A stretch of DNA of 64,000 nt from Vitreimonas sp. (GCA_035627515.1 DASPLQ010000012.1:842331-906330); one strand, 5' to 3'. Numbered from the stretch's first letter, positions 27,794 through 38,751 are shown. Notes: generated by a model from the sequence alone, not told the origin. Numbers and translations: made by a program.

Positions 27794-29053
27794 TTAAGAG
27801 TTATTTGTTGGTTGTGTAAAAAACCTGCCAATAGCCCACATTATCAAGCTAATTGGCACTGCTGACCAGGTGATCATTTTTTGATGAAGCAAGACGCTGC
27901 CATCGAAGTTGCCGGCGTGGAAGTATGGTATGTATCGGTATAGCGAGGTAACTGAAAGCGTGATCAAGAAAATACTCCACCAGCGCGTCAGCTGAAATAA
28001 GGGTTTAGGAGTGGTTAAACTAGGGAAAAACGGCAGCCAGATGAGTGTCCAGGTCAAATACCAGGGGTGGAACTGTTGGGAGCGTAAGGTCAGGAGCGGG
28101 ATAAACATCAGTACGGAAGCCGCCACAGGCCACCAGGGTAAAAGAGATTTAAACGGCAGATTCTTGAAAAAGCTGCTGAGTAACAAGATGATCCAGATTG
28201 GAATCAAGACAATTGTAGCAAGTTTCATCGAGATGGAAAAAGCTAAGAGAACGATAGAAGCCAGAATTTTGAGCGCAGACGCAGTGAAATTTTTCTTGTT
28301 GAGACCAGTTAAAAGCAACAGTGAGCTAAGAGCAGGGACCATCATCCACAGGTCGTTATGAGAATTTGTGATGATCTCGAGGAGGACTAAAGGATTAAAG
28401 AGTACTATACAGATCCGCAAAGCATTTTCACTCTTTTTTAGGTACATCCACGCCAACAGCCACAGGCTGACCAAGCTAAAACCTCTAAACAAGAACCAAG
28501 TCAGCAGAAATTTCTCTTGACCAAGGTAGTACGGGATCAGGGACAAAGCTGTCCAGCCATAACCATATGGAGCTGGCGTGTGCGTGTTGTGCATAAACCG
28601 CGTCCAGTCATCATAGTAGTAATCCAAAGCCACTTTGACGTGGGGATTAGCCTGGTAGACTGCCACCATTTTGGCGTTAAAAATATAATTAAAAACGTCA
28701 TAAGACAGGGCATTATTAGCGAAAAGCAGAGGCAGAGTAAACAGACAGTAAGCTGAAAAAAGGAAGTATTTTGAGTAATTAAGTAATCGAGTCCGCCAGC
28801 TGGCGGATGAGTAATTGAGTGAATATATCAACCAGAAGTAACTTAGCCAGAGCGTGGATATTAAAGCTGCATAGGTTGGGATCAGTAGCTCACGATCATT
28901 GAAGAAGGTTTTCCACATGTACAGCTGGAAGCGCCAGTACGGAGTCCAGGAAGTCAGGATCAGATTAGGAGCGGTAAGGCTGTAAGAGAAAACGACGTAA
29001 ACCAGCAACAGAGCAAAGTAAAGACCGAGGCAGAAAATGATTTTTTTGCTCAT
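27794..29053 (-). CDS. GT-C glycosyltransferase (MptA/B / GT87-like)
   Basis: LSYDVFNY, PAPYGYGW, FNPL..HND, QFHPWY; multi-TM. Confidence 0.75.
   Translation of the reverse strand: MSKKIIFCLGLYFALLLVYVVFSYSLTAPNLILTSWTPYWRFQLYMWKTFFNDRELLIPTYAALISTLWLSYFWLIYSLNYSSASWRTRLLNYSKYFLFSAYCLFTLPLLFANNALSYDVFNYIFNAKMVAVYQANPHVKVALDYYYDDWTRFMHNTHTPAPYGYGWTALSLIPYYLGQEKFLLTWFLFRGFSLVSLWLLAWMYLKKSENALRICIVLFNPLVLLEIITNSHNDLWMMVPALSSLLLLTGLNKKNFTASALKILASIVLLAFSISMKLATIVLIPIWIILLLSSFFKNLPFKSLLPWWPVAASVLMFIPLLTLRSQQFHPWYLTWTLIWLPFFPSLTTPKPLFQLTRWWSIFLITLSVTSLYRYIPYFHAGNFDGSVLLHQKMITWSAVPISLIMWAIGRFFTQPTNNS
28771..28822. repeat. TTRAGTAA 8-mer array with embedded 16-bp perfect palindrome, inside a CDS
   Basis: TTGAGTAA TTAAGTAA TCGAG-TCCGCCAGCTGGCGGA(28792-28807)-TGAGTAA TTGAGTGA. 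Confidence 0.75.
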
Positions 29054-29061
29054 GAAGAAAT

Positions 29062-29829
29062 TTATCCGGCTTTTTTATAATGCCCCTGTAGGTCGGCTAA
29101 TCTTACCCGCAGGATATCTCGCAACATGCGCAGAGAGTCTTTGACCGGACTGACTCGATCAGTTTCATGGTGTTTCCAGAGGATAGGCACTTCTTTAATT
29201 TGGTAATCAAATTTGCGCGCTAAAAACAGCATCTCTACGTCAAAGGCGCCGGTAAAGGCATCGCTGCGTTCTTGTTGTCGACCATAGACATGGAGGCGGC
29301 TGAAAAGCTCAGTGGTGGCCTCAGATGAGAGTAACTTAAAGCCACATTGGGTGTCATAAATGCCAGGAACAGCAAGGAGTTGCACCAGCCAATTAAACCC
29401 CCGACCCATCAGGTGGCGGTACCACGGTTCATCATCGCGGTGTGCTCCGGAACCTTCCCGTGAACCAATCACAATTTCATATCCCTGAGTGGCATAGCTC
29501 ATCAGCTTTTCAACTTCAGACAGTGGAGTTGATTGATCAAAGTCAGTGAACAGGCGCCATTGACCTTGGGCAGCCAGCATCCCAGACTGCACCGTGGGAC
29601 CCTTCCCCGCATGTAGATTATCAAGTACGCGCACTTGAGCATGTTTTTTAGCAAAAGCTTGGAGGTGTTCTAGTGTGTTGTCACTCGATCCGTCATCGGA
29701 AAGAATGACTTCCCAAGTGTACGATTGCTTCTTGAGATAGTTCACCACTTCATCCAGGACGCCGCGCTCGAGGTTTTTACGCTCGTTGTAGGAAGGAATG
29801 ACGACGGAAAGAAAAGGAACTTTTGACAT
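29062..29829 (-). CDS. GT2 polyprenyl-phosphate hexose synthase (Alg5/DPG-synthase-like)
   Basis: LSVVIPSYNE, DDGSSD, GKG, FTDFDQSTP, DTQCGFK, FDVE. Confidence 0.88.
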   Translation of the reverse strand: MSKVPFLSVVIPSYNERKNLERGVLDEVVNYLKKQSYTWEVILSDDGSSDNTLEHLQAFAKKHAQVRVLDNLHAGKGPTVQSGMLAAQGQWRLFTDFDQSTPLSEVEKLMSYATQGYEIVIGSREGSGAHRDDEPWYRHLMGRGFNWLVQLLAVPGIYDTQCGFKLLSSEATTELFSRLHVYGRQQERSDAFTGAFDVEMLFLARKFDYQIKEVPILWKHHETDRVSPVKDSLRMLRDILRVRLADLQGHYKKAG

Positions 29830-29843
29830 GAGTAAACTTTAAA

Positions 29844-31373
29844 TTAAGTCCTTCTAAATATAAGGATTTCTGGGCCGCCGTCAATACGAAACGTTTCTGA
29901 AGGCGTTTTGTTAGGAAAGATAACTATTTCATAAATCGGCAGATCCATGGGTTTGAGCAAGTGTTGTTCATTGATCACCACCAGGGTGGAAGCATCGCCG
30001 GCTTTTTCTGGAGCGAGAGGTGGGTGATCGGTGGTGGATAAGAAATAATAGTAGTTTTGGGCGTAAATATCTTTCGATTCAGATAACAGAATCACGGTGT
30101 ACGTTTCTTCCGGCTTGAGGTGGGTGACAATTTCTTCTGCCGTGTGGCGGATGTCGCGCACGGTCCAGTCCTGGCTCTGCGGTAGTTTAGGGAGATTAAT
30201 GGCAATAAAAATGATTAATAATCCACCAACTAGTAAACGGCCGGTGGTTTTTTGGGCTAGCCAATCACCCGCAATGCCATAAAGTAAAAAGGTGACAGGA
30301 AACAAATACGCAATATAGTGATGAAAGATGGTGTGTTCGTAGACAGCTGTGCCCATGATGCCGGTGAGTAAATAACTCGCCACTACAGCGTAGCCCACTC
30401 GACTGGACTTTGATTGATTGAAGTACTGGCGAATTACAATAGTGAGCAAGATAATCACAAAGACTGTATTAGCTGTCCGCTGATGGCCTAGATTATATTC
30501 AGCTAAAATGTGGAGCGAGCGACCATGAGTTTCACGCAGCACGCGGCCAATGCGGAGTGGTAGAGAGTCGTCATTGCTGACTTTAAAACTTTGTTCTTTG
30601 ACAAATAAGTTTTTGAAAGCTGTGGCATTCAACCAGTTGTGTTTGTAATCGAAGAGCATAAGTGGCGTGAGTGAGAGGGCAAAAACGATGATGGCTACCC
30701 CGGTGGCGGTTCCCAGTTTAACTACGGATGCCCAGCGAGGAGCTTTTTTGGAAGCTGGAGTGGTGGCAAGTTTCCAGGTTTGAAAAAGCCAGACTAAGCC
30801 GGCTCCGGCGCCTGCTAATAATGTCAGGTAATGGAGTTGGATTAAAATACTGAAGCAGATCGAGACTACTACCCAGTACCAAACATTTTTGGTGATAGCG
30901 CGGTGAGTAGCCCAGATCATGACCAATGATACTAAGGGGGCTGGGTTGGGGTTCCAGCTGAACCGCGTATACTCGATGACTACGGCTGCAAAAGTGTAGA
31001 ACATGGTTGCAATTAGCGCGGCTCGTTCACCAATTAATTCCTTGCCTAAGTAATACAGCAACCACACCGTGATAATCCCTAAACCCGCCACAGCGTAGAC
31101 AGGGCCCATCGGACTAGGATAGCTGAGCCATAAAAAAGGCATCATGAAGTAGTAATAAAAGGGACCCAGGTACATGTTGCCCACACTGGTGACTGGACCA
31201 ATAAAAACAGGGTCAAAGTTACGGAAAATATTGGCCACGATCAAGGCATCACGGCCTTGATCACCTTGAAACTGGAGGGTGTCGACTAAATTATAGAGGC
31301 GCAAAAAACTGGCTACGCTCAGCAGGATGATTAAAAAAACGTGGGTTAGGGTCAGCTTTTTCCACCAGGTCAT
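29844..31373 (-). CDS. GT-C glycosyltransferase (ArnT/PMT-like, GT83/39)
   Basis: LRLYNL..DQGRD, IGP, GPFYYY, SWNPN, QLH. Confidence 0.85.
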   Translation of the reverse strand: MTWWKKLTLTHVFLIILLSVASFLRLYNLVDTLQFQGDQGRDALIVANIFRNFDPVFIGPVTSVGNMYLGPFYYYFMMPFLWLSYPSPMGPVYAVAGLGIITVWLLYYLGKELIGERAALIATMFYTFAAVVIEYTRFSWNPNPAPLVSLVMIWATHRAITKNVWYWVVVSICFSILIQLHYLTLLAGAGAGLVWLFQTWKLATTPASKKAPRWASVVKLGTATGVAIIVFALSLTPLMLFDYKHNWLNATAFKNLFVKEQSFKVSNDDSLPLRIGRVLRETHGRSLHILAEYNLGHQRTANTVFVIILLTIVIRQYFNQSKSSRVGYAVVASYLLTGIMGTAVYEHTIFHHYIAYLFPVTFLLYGIAGDWLAQKTTGRLLVGGLLIIFIAINLPKLPQSQDWTVRDIRHTAEEIVTHLKPEETYTVILLSESKDIYAQNYYYFLSTTDHPPLAPEKAGDASTLVVINEQHLLKPMDLPIYEIVIFPNKTPSETFRIDGGPEILIFRRT

Positions 31374-31388
31374 ACAGAGTTCACTCTT

Positions 31389-32579
31389 TTATTTACTGGC
31401 CGGTTTTTTCCATACCAGCCGACTATACGCAAAGAAATTCCAAAACATGCCGATTAAAATACCCATCACGGCATAAACTAAACCAGTATCAATCGCCAGG
31501 TTAATAATGGGTAAGGTAAACAACGTAAACAAACCAATGCCTTTTTCACCCGCGGTGCTCAAAATGAATTGAATAATTAATGAGCCCATCGAAGCGATGT
31601 TGAATTGAACGAACTTACCAGGCAGCTGAATGGCAGACAGTTTGCGATCAGCAAACGTCCAGAGGTTATTCAAGATGAAGTTACTAATAATTGCTGTTTC
31701 AATACTCAGCAAAGTAGCCCACTGGAAGCCAGATAACCCCCAGCCCCCGTTGCCGGTCAAGGCACGGTAAAGCTGTAGTGAACTGAGCTGTATCAATGCC
31801 CCGAGGCCGCCCACTACCACAAACTTAAAGATGCGATGGTTTACGATTTCCTGGAGCCGAACTTTAAAAATGTAAATCAAAGTATTTTTGATATATTCGG
31901 GACCTAATTTGGATTGGCCAATCGTCCGGTCCACAAACTTAAATGGCACTTCAGCAACTTTAAAGCCTTTGCGGACTGTTTTGTGAAGGAAGCCAATTTG
32001 AAACGTGTAGCCACTGAAACGTTCAGAGTGAAGCTCGGGATGAACGGCTTCGTAGACCTGCCTGGTAATGGCGCGATAGCCTGCGGTCCAGTCGCGAATA
32101 CTGAAATCTGTAAAGACCAACATAATAATCAGGTTACCCACTTTACTAAGAAACTTGCGATGCCAACCCCAATCATCAGGAATGCCACCACCTTTGACAT
32201 ACCGAGAGCCTAATACCAAATCATACCCATCCTCAATTTTTTGCAGCAAGGCTGGGATTTTAGTTGGGTCGTGAGACAGATCAGCATCGAACTCGAACAC
32301 GACGTCAGCTTTAAGTTTGCCGAAAGCTTCAGCCATACCCTTGAGATAGGCGCCCCCTAAGCCGGCTTTATTAGGATTAATGACTAGGTGCAGATTTTTG
32401 TGTTTTTTCTGCAGTTGCTGGACGGTTTCGTACGTTTTATCTGGCGAAGTATCGTCCACTACCAAGATGTGCATGTCCCAGTTTTTGATGTTTTTGAAGA
32501 CATCTTGCAACACAGGGACAACCTTTTGGATGTTTTCTTTCTCATTATAAGTAGGAATGATGACAATGGCTTTTTTCAT
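31389..32579 (-). CDS. DPM1-like polyprenyl-phosphate mannose synthase fused to a GtrA-like domain
   Basis: IIPTYNEKENI, VDDTSPD, DADLSHDP, GSRYVKGG; C-terminal KFVVVGG..NFILNNLWTF..WNF. Confidence 0.9.
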   Translation of the reverse strand: MKKAIVIIPTYNEKENIQKVVPVLQDVFKNIKNWDMHILVVDDTSPDKTYETVQQLQKKHKNLHLVINPNKAGLGGAYLKGMAEAFGKLKADVVFEFDADLSHDPTKIPALLQKIEDGYDLVLGSRYVKGGGIPDDWGWHRKFLSKVGNLIIMLVFTDFSIRDWTAGYRAITRQVYEAVHPELHSERFSGYTFQIGFLHKTVRKGFKVAEVPFKFVDRTIGQSKLGPEYIKNTLIYIFKVRLQEIVNHRIFKFVVVGGLGALIQLSSLQLYRALTGNGGWGLSGFQWATLLSIETAIISNFILNNLWTFADRKLSAIQLPGKFVQFNIASMGSLIIQFILSTAGEKGIGLFTLFTLPIINLAIDTGLVYAVMGILIGMFWNFFAYSRLVWKKPASK

Positions 32580-32594
32580 ACCTGATAGGCAAAA

Positions 32595-33566
32595 TTATTT
32601 TTTACTCTCTGCTTCTAAATCAGCATTCACCATCAGCTCCACTAGTTGTGCAAAAGTAACGCTTGGTTTCCATCCTAATTTGGTTTGGGCTTTAGTAGGA
32701 TCCCCAATTAGGAGATCAACTTCTGCAGGGCGGTCGAATTTAGGATTGTGTTTATATACTGATTCCCAGTCCTTGATGCCAGCTGCCTCACAAGCTAATT
32801 GTAAGAATTCCCGGACAGAGTGGGTTTCGCCAGTGGAGATCACAAAGTCATCAGCTTGATCTTGTTGCAGCATCAACCACATCGCTTCTACATAGTCTTT
32901 AGCATAACCCCAGTCACGTTTGGCTTCGAGGTTGCCGAGCTCCACGTGTTGTTGTTTACCGAGTTTGACTCGGGCCACGGCATTGGTAATTTTGCGGGTC
33001 ACAAACTCTAAACCACGGCGTGGTGATTCATGATTAAACAAAATACCTGAGACGGCAAACATGTTGAATGACTCTCGATAATTGACAGTAATCCAGTGAC
33101 CATAGACTTTAGCCACACCATAGGGTGAACGAGGATAAAAGGGAGTACTCTCGGTTTGAGGTACTTCTTGGACTTTGCCAAACATTTCTGATGAACTGGC
33201 TTGATAAAACTTAGCTTGTGGACAGACGAGACGGACCGCTTCGAGCATCCGGGTGACGCCAATGGCAGTAAACTCACCGGTGAGCACGGGTTGATCCCAA
33301 CTTGTTTTGACGAAAGACTGAGCGGCTAAGTTATAGACCTCATCGGGTTGGACATCTTTGAGTGCCATGGTTAACGAGTGTTGATCCAACAAGTCACCTG
33401 AAATGAGCTCCAGATTAGGGTGATGGACAATTTGCTCAATTCGCTCGAAGTTTTGGGTACTCGTGCGACGAGTCAAACCGTAGACTTTGTAGCCTTTTTC
33501 GAGCAATAACTCTGCTAAATAGGAACCGTCTTGACCGGTAATACCGGTGATAAAAGCTTTTTTCAT
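32595..33566 (-). CDS. gmd: GDP-mannose 4,6-dehydratase
   Basis: [49 protein letters not shown]. Confidence 0.97.
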   Translation of the reverse strand: MKKAFITGITGQDGSYLAELLLEKGYKVYGLTRRTSTQNFERIEQIVHHPNLELISGDLLDQHSLTMALKDVQPDEVYNLAAQSFVKTSWDQPVLTGEFTAIGVTRMLEAVRLVCPQAKFYQASSSEMFGKVQEVPQTESTPFYPRSPYGVAKVYGHWITVNYRESFNMFAVSGILFNHESPRRGLEFVTRKITNAVARVKLGKQQHVELGNLEAKRDWGYAKDYVEAMWLMLQQDQADDFVISTGETHSVREFLQLACEAAGIKDWESVYKHNPKFDRPAEVDLLIGDPTKAQTKLGWKPSVTFAQLVELMVNADLEAESKK

Positions 33567-34525
33567 GCTTGTTCTCTCCAATAACTGAGTACGCGTGATA
33601 ACGTTTGTTGCAGCGGAATACTTGGTTGCCATCCCAGCTTGGCAATTTTCCCATTATCCGCAATGATGATCGGAACATCAAGAGGACGAAGTTTGGTGGG
33701 GTCTGTTACGATCGGGACTTCAATCTGGGCCAGTTGGCGCATCATCTCTAAAACACTTGCCATTTGGTAACCTGTGCCACTGCCAATGTTGTATACCTCA
33801 CCAGCTTGACCATGAGCCATCAACAAGGCATAGGCTTTGACCATATCTTTGACATCAGTAAAATCACGGACGCCGCTCAGTTCGCCCACCCGAAGTTCAG
33901 CTTGCAAGCCGCGCTCGATGGCCACAATTTGTTTGGCAAAACTGGGGATCGAGAAATCGGGTGATTGGCGCTCGCCGATATGGTTAAAAGGTCGGGCGCG
34001 GACAATATCGAGTTTATATGACACCGTGTAAGTAAAGGCCAGTAAATCTTGTGAAACTTTAGAAACGGCATACGGATTAGCAGGATTAAGCGGAAACTCT
34101 TCATTAATTTTTTGACCAGGTTGGAGAGTGAGTACGCCATATTCTTCGGCACTGCCTATGACTAATAACCGGGCTTGAGGAGTATGAAGCCGAGTGGCTT
34201 CGAGGACATTGAGTTGTAACGTGATGTTATTTTGTAAAACTGATTTGGCTTTCTCGAAACTGTTGCCCACTACCGCAAAAGAGGCCAGGTGGTAAATATG
34301 AGTAGGTTGTAGTTCTTGCCAGAGGTGGTTAACAGCTGCTGTATCAGTTAGATCGAGAGTATGAATCTGGGCAGTGGGGTGAGGAGGATTGACTTGAGCA
34401 CCAAAACTAGTGACGTGAAGATTAGTAAAACCTTGAGCTGTGAGTTCTTCAACTAAGTGTGAGCCCGCAAAGCCAGTGCCACCAGTAATTAAAATCGTTG
34501 GTTGAGTCTCGATTGCAGTCTGCAT
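33563..34525 (-). CDS. rmd: GDP-4-keto-6-deoxy-D-mannose reductase-like SDR
   Basis: [38 protein letters not shown]; translationally coupled to gmd. Confidence 0.8.
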   Translation of the reverse strand: MQTAIETQPTILITGGTGFAGSHLVEELTAQGFTNLHVTSFGAQVNPPHPTAQIHTLDLTDTAAVNHLWQELQPTHIYHLASFAVVGNSFEKAKSVLQNNITLQLNVLEATRLHTPQARLLVIGSAEEYGVLTLQPGQKINEEFPLNPANPYAVSKVSQDLLAFTYTVSYKLDIVRARPFNHIGERQSPDFSIPSFAKQIVAIERGLQAELRVGELSGVRDFTDVKDMVKAYALLMAHGQAGEVYNIGSGTGYQMASVLEMMRQLAQIEVPIVTDPTKLRPLDVPIIIADNGKIAKLGWQPSIPLQQTLSRVLSYWREQA

Positions 34526-34539
34526 GTCAAATTATCCGG

Positions 34540-35853
34540 CTAAAGTGAGCGACCGACCCCTATGTATTGATAACCCCAGGCACTCACAGTCTGAGGCGAG
34601 AATTGGTTGCGCGCATCGATAAACCACTGGGGTTGATCACGCTTCACCTTGGAAAAATCATACGACACAATTTCAGGCCACTCGATCAAAGCTAAGATGA
34701 CATCAGCGTCAGCACAGGCAGCAGCCAAATCAGTAGTGTAAGTGACGTTTTTTTGGTCAGGCATAAAGTACTTCACCACTTCTAAAGCTTTTGGATCAAA
34801 GCCGGTGACGTTTCCACCCGCAGTTACGATATGTGGAATGACTCTCAAGCTTGGGGCTTCACGCATGTCATCAGTATTGGGTTTGAAAGATAAGCCGAGA
34901 ACAGCTACTTTTTTGCCCTGCCAGCCGCCAATCTTTTGATCGTACTCGTTCATTAAGCGGGGAATACGTTCTTCATTGAGTTCATTAATCTTGTTAAACA
35001 AATTGTTGGGTTCATTCACGCTGCGCGAGTAAGCGGCCAGTTCCTTGACGTCTTTGGGGAAACACGAACCACCATAGCCAAAACCAGGATACCAATAATG
35101 ACTCCCAATACGTTGATCATAGCCAATAGCTTGAATAACTTCTTGGACATCAGCTTGGTTTTTTTGACACAAATCAGCAATTTGGTTGATGAAGGTGATG
35201 CGAGTAGCAAGATAAGCATTGGCGGCATACTTCGCCATTTGAGCGGAAGAGGGCGATACCTTGACTACGGGAGCATTCAAAGGTTTGTGAAGTGTTTCCA
35301 GTCTATCGAATACGCTGGCTTCAGTGGCACCTAGTACGATCCGATCAGGGTTAAGCGTGTCGTGGACAGCACTGCCTTCACGCAAGAACTCAGGGACTGA
35401 GGCCATGTGAAATACTAGCTCAGGGGCGCCACTCTCTTGTCGAGCTTGTTTGATGACGTCAGCAACTTTATCGAGAGAACCAGGCGGAACTGTGGACTTG
35501 ACCACTACAATTGCTTCAGGTTTAAGATGCGGAGCCAACGCTGTGGCAGCACTAAAGACAAACTTCATGTCGGCCTGACCATCAGCCGCTGACGGTGTGC
35601 CCACAGCAATAAAAATGATGTCAGCAGTGGTGATGGCTTGTTGATAATCGGTAGTAAATGATAAGTGGCCTTTGGCTTGTTGTTCGAGGAGGAGAGTTTC
35701 TAGATTAGGCTCGTAGAAAGGTACTTTACCTTGGCGGAGGGACTGAACTTTTTTTTCATCTATGTCTAAGCCCACCACTGTATGTCCAAAAGATGCGTAG
35801 ACGGCTGCCGAGACCACCCCGACAAAACCTGTCCCAATAATCGTAATGTTCAT
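34540..35853 (-). CDS. ugd: UDP-glucose/GDP-mannose 6-dehydrogenase
   Basis: IGTGFVG, AVGTPS, KSTVPPG, PEFLREG, GYGGSCFPKD, FKPNTDDMREAPS. Confidence 0.93.
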   Translation of the reverse strand: MNITIIGTGFVGVVSAAVYASFGHTVVGLDIDEKKVQSLRQGKVPFYEPNLETLLLEQQAKGHLSFTTDYQQAITTADIIFIAVGTPSAADGQADMKFVFSAATALAPHLKPEAIVVVKSTVPPGSLDKVADVIKQARQESGAPELVFHMASVPEFLREGSAVHDTLNPDRIVLGATEASVFDRLETLHKPLNAPVVKVSPSSAQMAKYAANAYLATRITFINQIADLCQKNQADVQEVIQAIGYDQRIGSHYWYPGFGYGGSCFPKDVKELAAYSRSVNEPNNLFNKINELNEERIPRLMNEYDQKIGGWQGKKVAVLGLSFKPNTDDMREAPSLRVIPHIVTAGGNVTGFDPKALEVVKYFMPDQKNVTYTTDLAAACADADVILALIEWPEIVSYDFSKVKRDQPQWFIDARNQFSPQTVSAWGYQYIGVGRSL

Positions 35854-35885
35854 AGCGGTCAGTATATCACGGTATACTACAGTTT
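35854..35885. promoter_or_regulatory. Back-to-back -10 boxes for leaderless ugd (-) and trmD (+)
   Basis: TATACT on each strand (35861-66 and 35873-78), each exactly 7 nt from an ATG. Confidence 0.65.
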
Positions 35886-36545
35886 ATGCAGATCAATATC
35901 CTCACCCTTTTTCCCGAGTACTTTGACTCGATTTTGGCGACTTCAATCCTGAAGCGAGCTCTGGCCAGTGGCCTGATAACCGTGAACATTATTAATATTC
36001 GTGACTTTGCGAGTGATAAGCACCAAGTCACTGATGATCGACCGTTTGGTGGTGGTCCGGGCATGGTGATGAAAGTGGAGCCAATTTATCTGGCGCTGGA
36101 GTCTCTGGGGCAAGTTACATCCCAGCCAGGAATGAAACGGATCTTAACCTCAGCCAAAGGTCCAGTTTTTACTCAAGCTAAGGCTGGAGAATTAGCCAAA
36201 CTTGAGCAGTTAACTTTAATCTGTGGACATTATGAAGGTGTGGATGAACGAGTGGCAGAAAATCTCGTTGATGAAGAAATGAGAATTGGTGATTACGTGC
36301 TGACCGGCGGTGAGCCAGCAGTAGCAGTGATTATCGATGCGGTGTCGAGGTTAATTCCTGGCATTTTGGGCAATGAAGAAAGCAACAAAAATGAGTCACA
36401 TTCCCAACCCGGTAAACTAGGTTTTCCGGTCTATACTCGGCCGGAAGAATTTAATGGGTGGCGCGTACCTGAAGTATTGTTAGGTGGACACCATGCTGAG
36501 ATTCAGAAATGGCGTGAGATGCAGAGTAAACTGAGTGAGAATTAA
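35886..36545 (+). CDS. trmD: tRNA (guanine37-N1)-methyltransferase
   Basis: LTLFPE, DDRPFGGGPGMVM, LICGHYEGVDERV, IGDYVLTGGE, YTRP. Confidence 0.98.
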   Translation: MQINILTLFPEYFDSILATSILKRALASGLITVNIINIRDFASDKHQVTDDRPFGGGPGMVMKVEPIYLALESLGQVTSQPGMKRILTSAKGPVFTQAKAGELAKLEQLTLICGHYEGVDERVAENLVDEEMRIGDYVLTGGEPAVAVIIDAVSRLIPGILGNEESNKNESHSQPGKLGFPVYTRPEEFNGWRVPEVLLGGHHAEIQKWREMQSKLSEN

Positions 36546-36904
36546 TAATCTCTGAGGTCGGTATCAGTCATATCTGGTCGAGATAAATGGCTAATAACAT
36601 CTTTTAAGGTCCAGACACTTTGATCATGATGGGTAGTCTCTTGTCTATTAGGGCGATCGAAGTTGTAGACTTTATTATCAGATTCAAGGCTGATTTTGAT
36701 TACTTCGCTAGGAAGTGCTGACCAGATGCAGCCATTGATTAGTAACCGGGCAACGTCGCGTTCAAGTTGTTGGAGTTGCTGGTTGAGAAGGCGTTGAATT
36801 TCCTGAGCTGCTTTAAGCTTGTCTCGTCGACTACAGTTTTGATGAACCCAGCCACCATAATTAATATGATGACCATCTTTGTGAAAATCTTCGGAACGAG
36901 ACAT
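36542..36904 (-). CDS. Hypothetical protein
   Basis: 120-aa ORF; TTGCAT-17-CATACT promoter at 36936-36964. Confidence 0.6.
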   Translation of the reverse strand: MSRSEDFHKDGHHINYGGWVHQNCSRRDKLKAAQEIQRLLNQQLQQLERDVARLLINGCIWSALPSEVIKISLESDNKVYNFDRPNRQETTHHDQSVWTLKDVISHLSRPDMTDTDLRDY

Positions 36905-37221
36905 ATTTATGTGTAATTAATACGCACAAGAATGAAGTATGCTCCTCAAACAAAAAAAATGCAAGCGGTGGGTTTGATGAAAAGGTACGTTTTGACTGTA
37001 ATGACCTGTCACCAGAGTAACTTCTGAAGTAAGGGTTAAGGGGGAGATAGCTTAGATGCCTTTAAGAAGGTTCATTAGTAGGCGTGAAAAAAGGGTTTTA
37101 TCTTTTTTTGTTTGATAGTGGTTGCTCAAAAAGTGGATTTTGTCTGCGTTGTATGATTTTTGCCAATATTCATACAAGGAAAAAAACAAGAGCTTTAGTT
37201 TAAGGGTTCCCCAGTAAGGTG

Positions 37222-38751
37222 TTATTGAGCGACGCGTCGACAGTGCTCCACACTAATAATCCCAAACTGGTGTGGCTCGCCACAGCTCACCCCTTGGGTC
37301 ATTTCCGCATACCAAGGATCAAAGAAAATAGTTTTAGTGCCGTGAAAGGGTTCATAAAGCAAAAAGTATTCTTGATGTTTAGCCTCAACTTGAAAATCAA
37401 CTGGCCTCTCGCCTTGGGTGCGAGCCAGCCATTCATTGAGATATTGATAATTGATGGGCACCAAATTTGGCACTCGGGCGGCGATGGCAATCGGCTCGGT
37501 AGTGGTCATAGTGCGGATGTTACGAAGAGCTCGGAGTTGATGCCCAATGGTGTACTGCAAGGTGCTGGGATGATAAATAGCACTGACGTAGTGCCAGGTT
37601 CCCAAACTCCACAACATGATCATGATGACGCTAGCTGTTTTACGCCACGGATAGCGATGTAAAGCAAAAATGAGGGCCATAATAATTGGTAAATAATGGG
37701 CAGTAATGTAGTAATTAAAGAAATAACCATAATTTCCCCGGTGAAGTAGCATGCCCACTAAGGGAGAAATCACCAACAACAGTACGAACCATTCATGTTT
37801 GGTTTTGCGAAGCTGCACCGCTAAGTAGGTTAGGAGACTAATGACCAACCAGACCCCAAGTTTAGAAAGAGTCTGTAAAGCAAATAATGTGTTTTGGAGC
37901 TCAGCAAACATCAGGAGTGGTCGCTCACGCCAAATCTGCATTAAGGGGACTTGTTTAGATGTATCTGACATTTCTTTTAGCAAAGAGTTGGTCATCAAAA
38001 ATTGATTCCGGAACTCAAATAAGGCTTGGGGGGCTACCGTGACAGCAAAAGCTACACACCCGATGATGAGCGTTTGCCACGAGAAAATGGATGAAGCTTT
38101 GGTCTGTGTCCACCGATTTCGAATCAGCGTATATAGTGGAGAATGAATAAATACCCACCAGCCCACTACCGGAGCTAAAAAGATGGCGTAGGCAAACTCT
38201 GTTTGTAAACTCAGGCCATAGCAAAAAAGGCCCAGTGCCAGCCACAGTGGTTGCCAGCGGCTAGAGCGGATCGAGGTGAATAACGACCATGTCATCAGAA
38301 TTAACACTGGAGCTACCCACGAAGGGTTCCAGATGTTTCGGGCTTGGCTTAAGGCACCAGGGGTGAGAGCAAATAAAACGAGTGCTAACCATGCTAGATA
38401 AGGCTTAACAAATGGTTTGAGGGTGTAATATAAAACCGGCAAAGTCGCTACGATAATAAACATTTGCCATATGACCACCCCGATGGGGCTGCCATTACTG
38501 ATAATGAACCCAGGCAGCAAGGCATAATAGAAAAAGGGTCCTAAGAAAAAGCCAGGTAAGCCAGTAGTCGGCCCAATCAAGGTCACGTCGCCGCGGGTGA
38601 TTTGTTGCAAGACATACATGTCTCGACCTTGGTCATAACTAAAAATCATGAGTTCGGAGATGTTGTAAACTCGAAGCAAAAAGGCGGCCAGACAGAGAGC
38701 CAAGAGAAGTAAGTTTTCACGCGTGAAAAGTGAAGACAGTTTATTGAGCAT
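37222..38751 (-). CDS. GT-C glycosyltransferase (ArnT/PMT-like)
   Basis: LRVYNI..YDQGRD, LIGPTT, GPFFYY, IWNPS; paralog of 29844-31373. Confidence 0.85.
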   Translation of the reverse strand: MLNKLSSLFTRENLLLLALCLAAFLLRVYNISELMIFSYDQGRDMYVLQQITRGDVTLIGPTTGLPGFFLGPFFYYALLPGFIISNGSPIGVVIWQMFIIVATLPVLYYTLKPFVKPYLAWLALVLFALTPGALSQARNIWNPSWVAPVLILMTWSLFTSIRSSRWQPLWLALGLFCYGLSLQTEFAYAIFLAPVVGWWVFIHSPLYTLIRNRWTQTKASSIFSWQTLIIGCVAFAVTVAPQALFEFRNQFLMTNSLLKEMSDTSKQVPLMQIWRERPLLMFAELQNTLFALQTLSKLGVWLVISLLTYLAVQLRKTKHEWFVLLLVISPLVGMLLHRGNYGYFFNYYITAHYLPIIMALIFALHRYPWRKTASVIMIMLWSLGTWHYVSAIYHPSTLQYTIGHQLRALRNIRTMTTTEPIAIAARVPNLVPINYQYLNEWLARTQGERPVDFQVEAKHQEYFLLYEPFHGTKTIFFDPWYAEMTQGVSCGEPHQFGIISVEHCRRVAQ

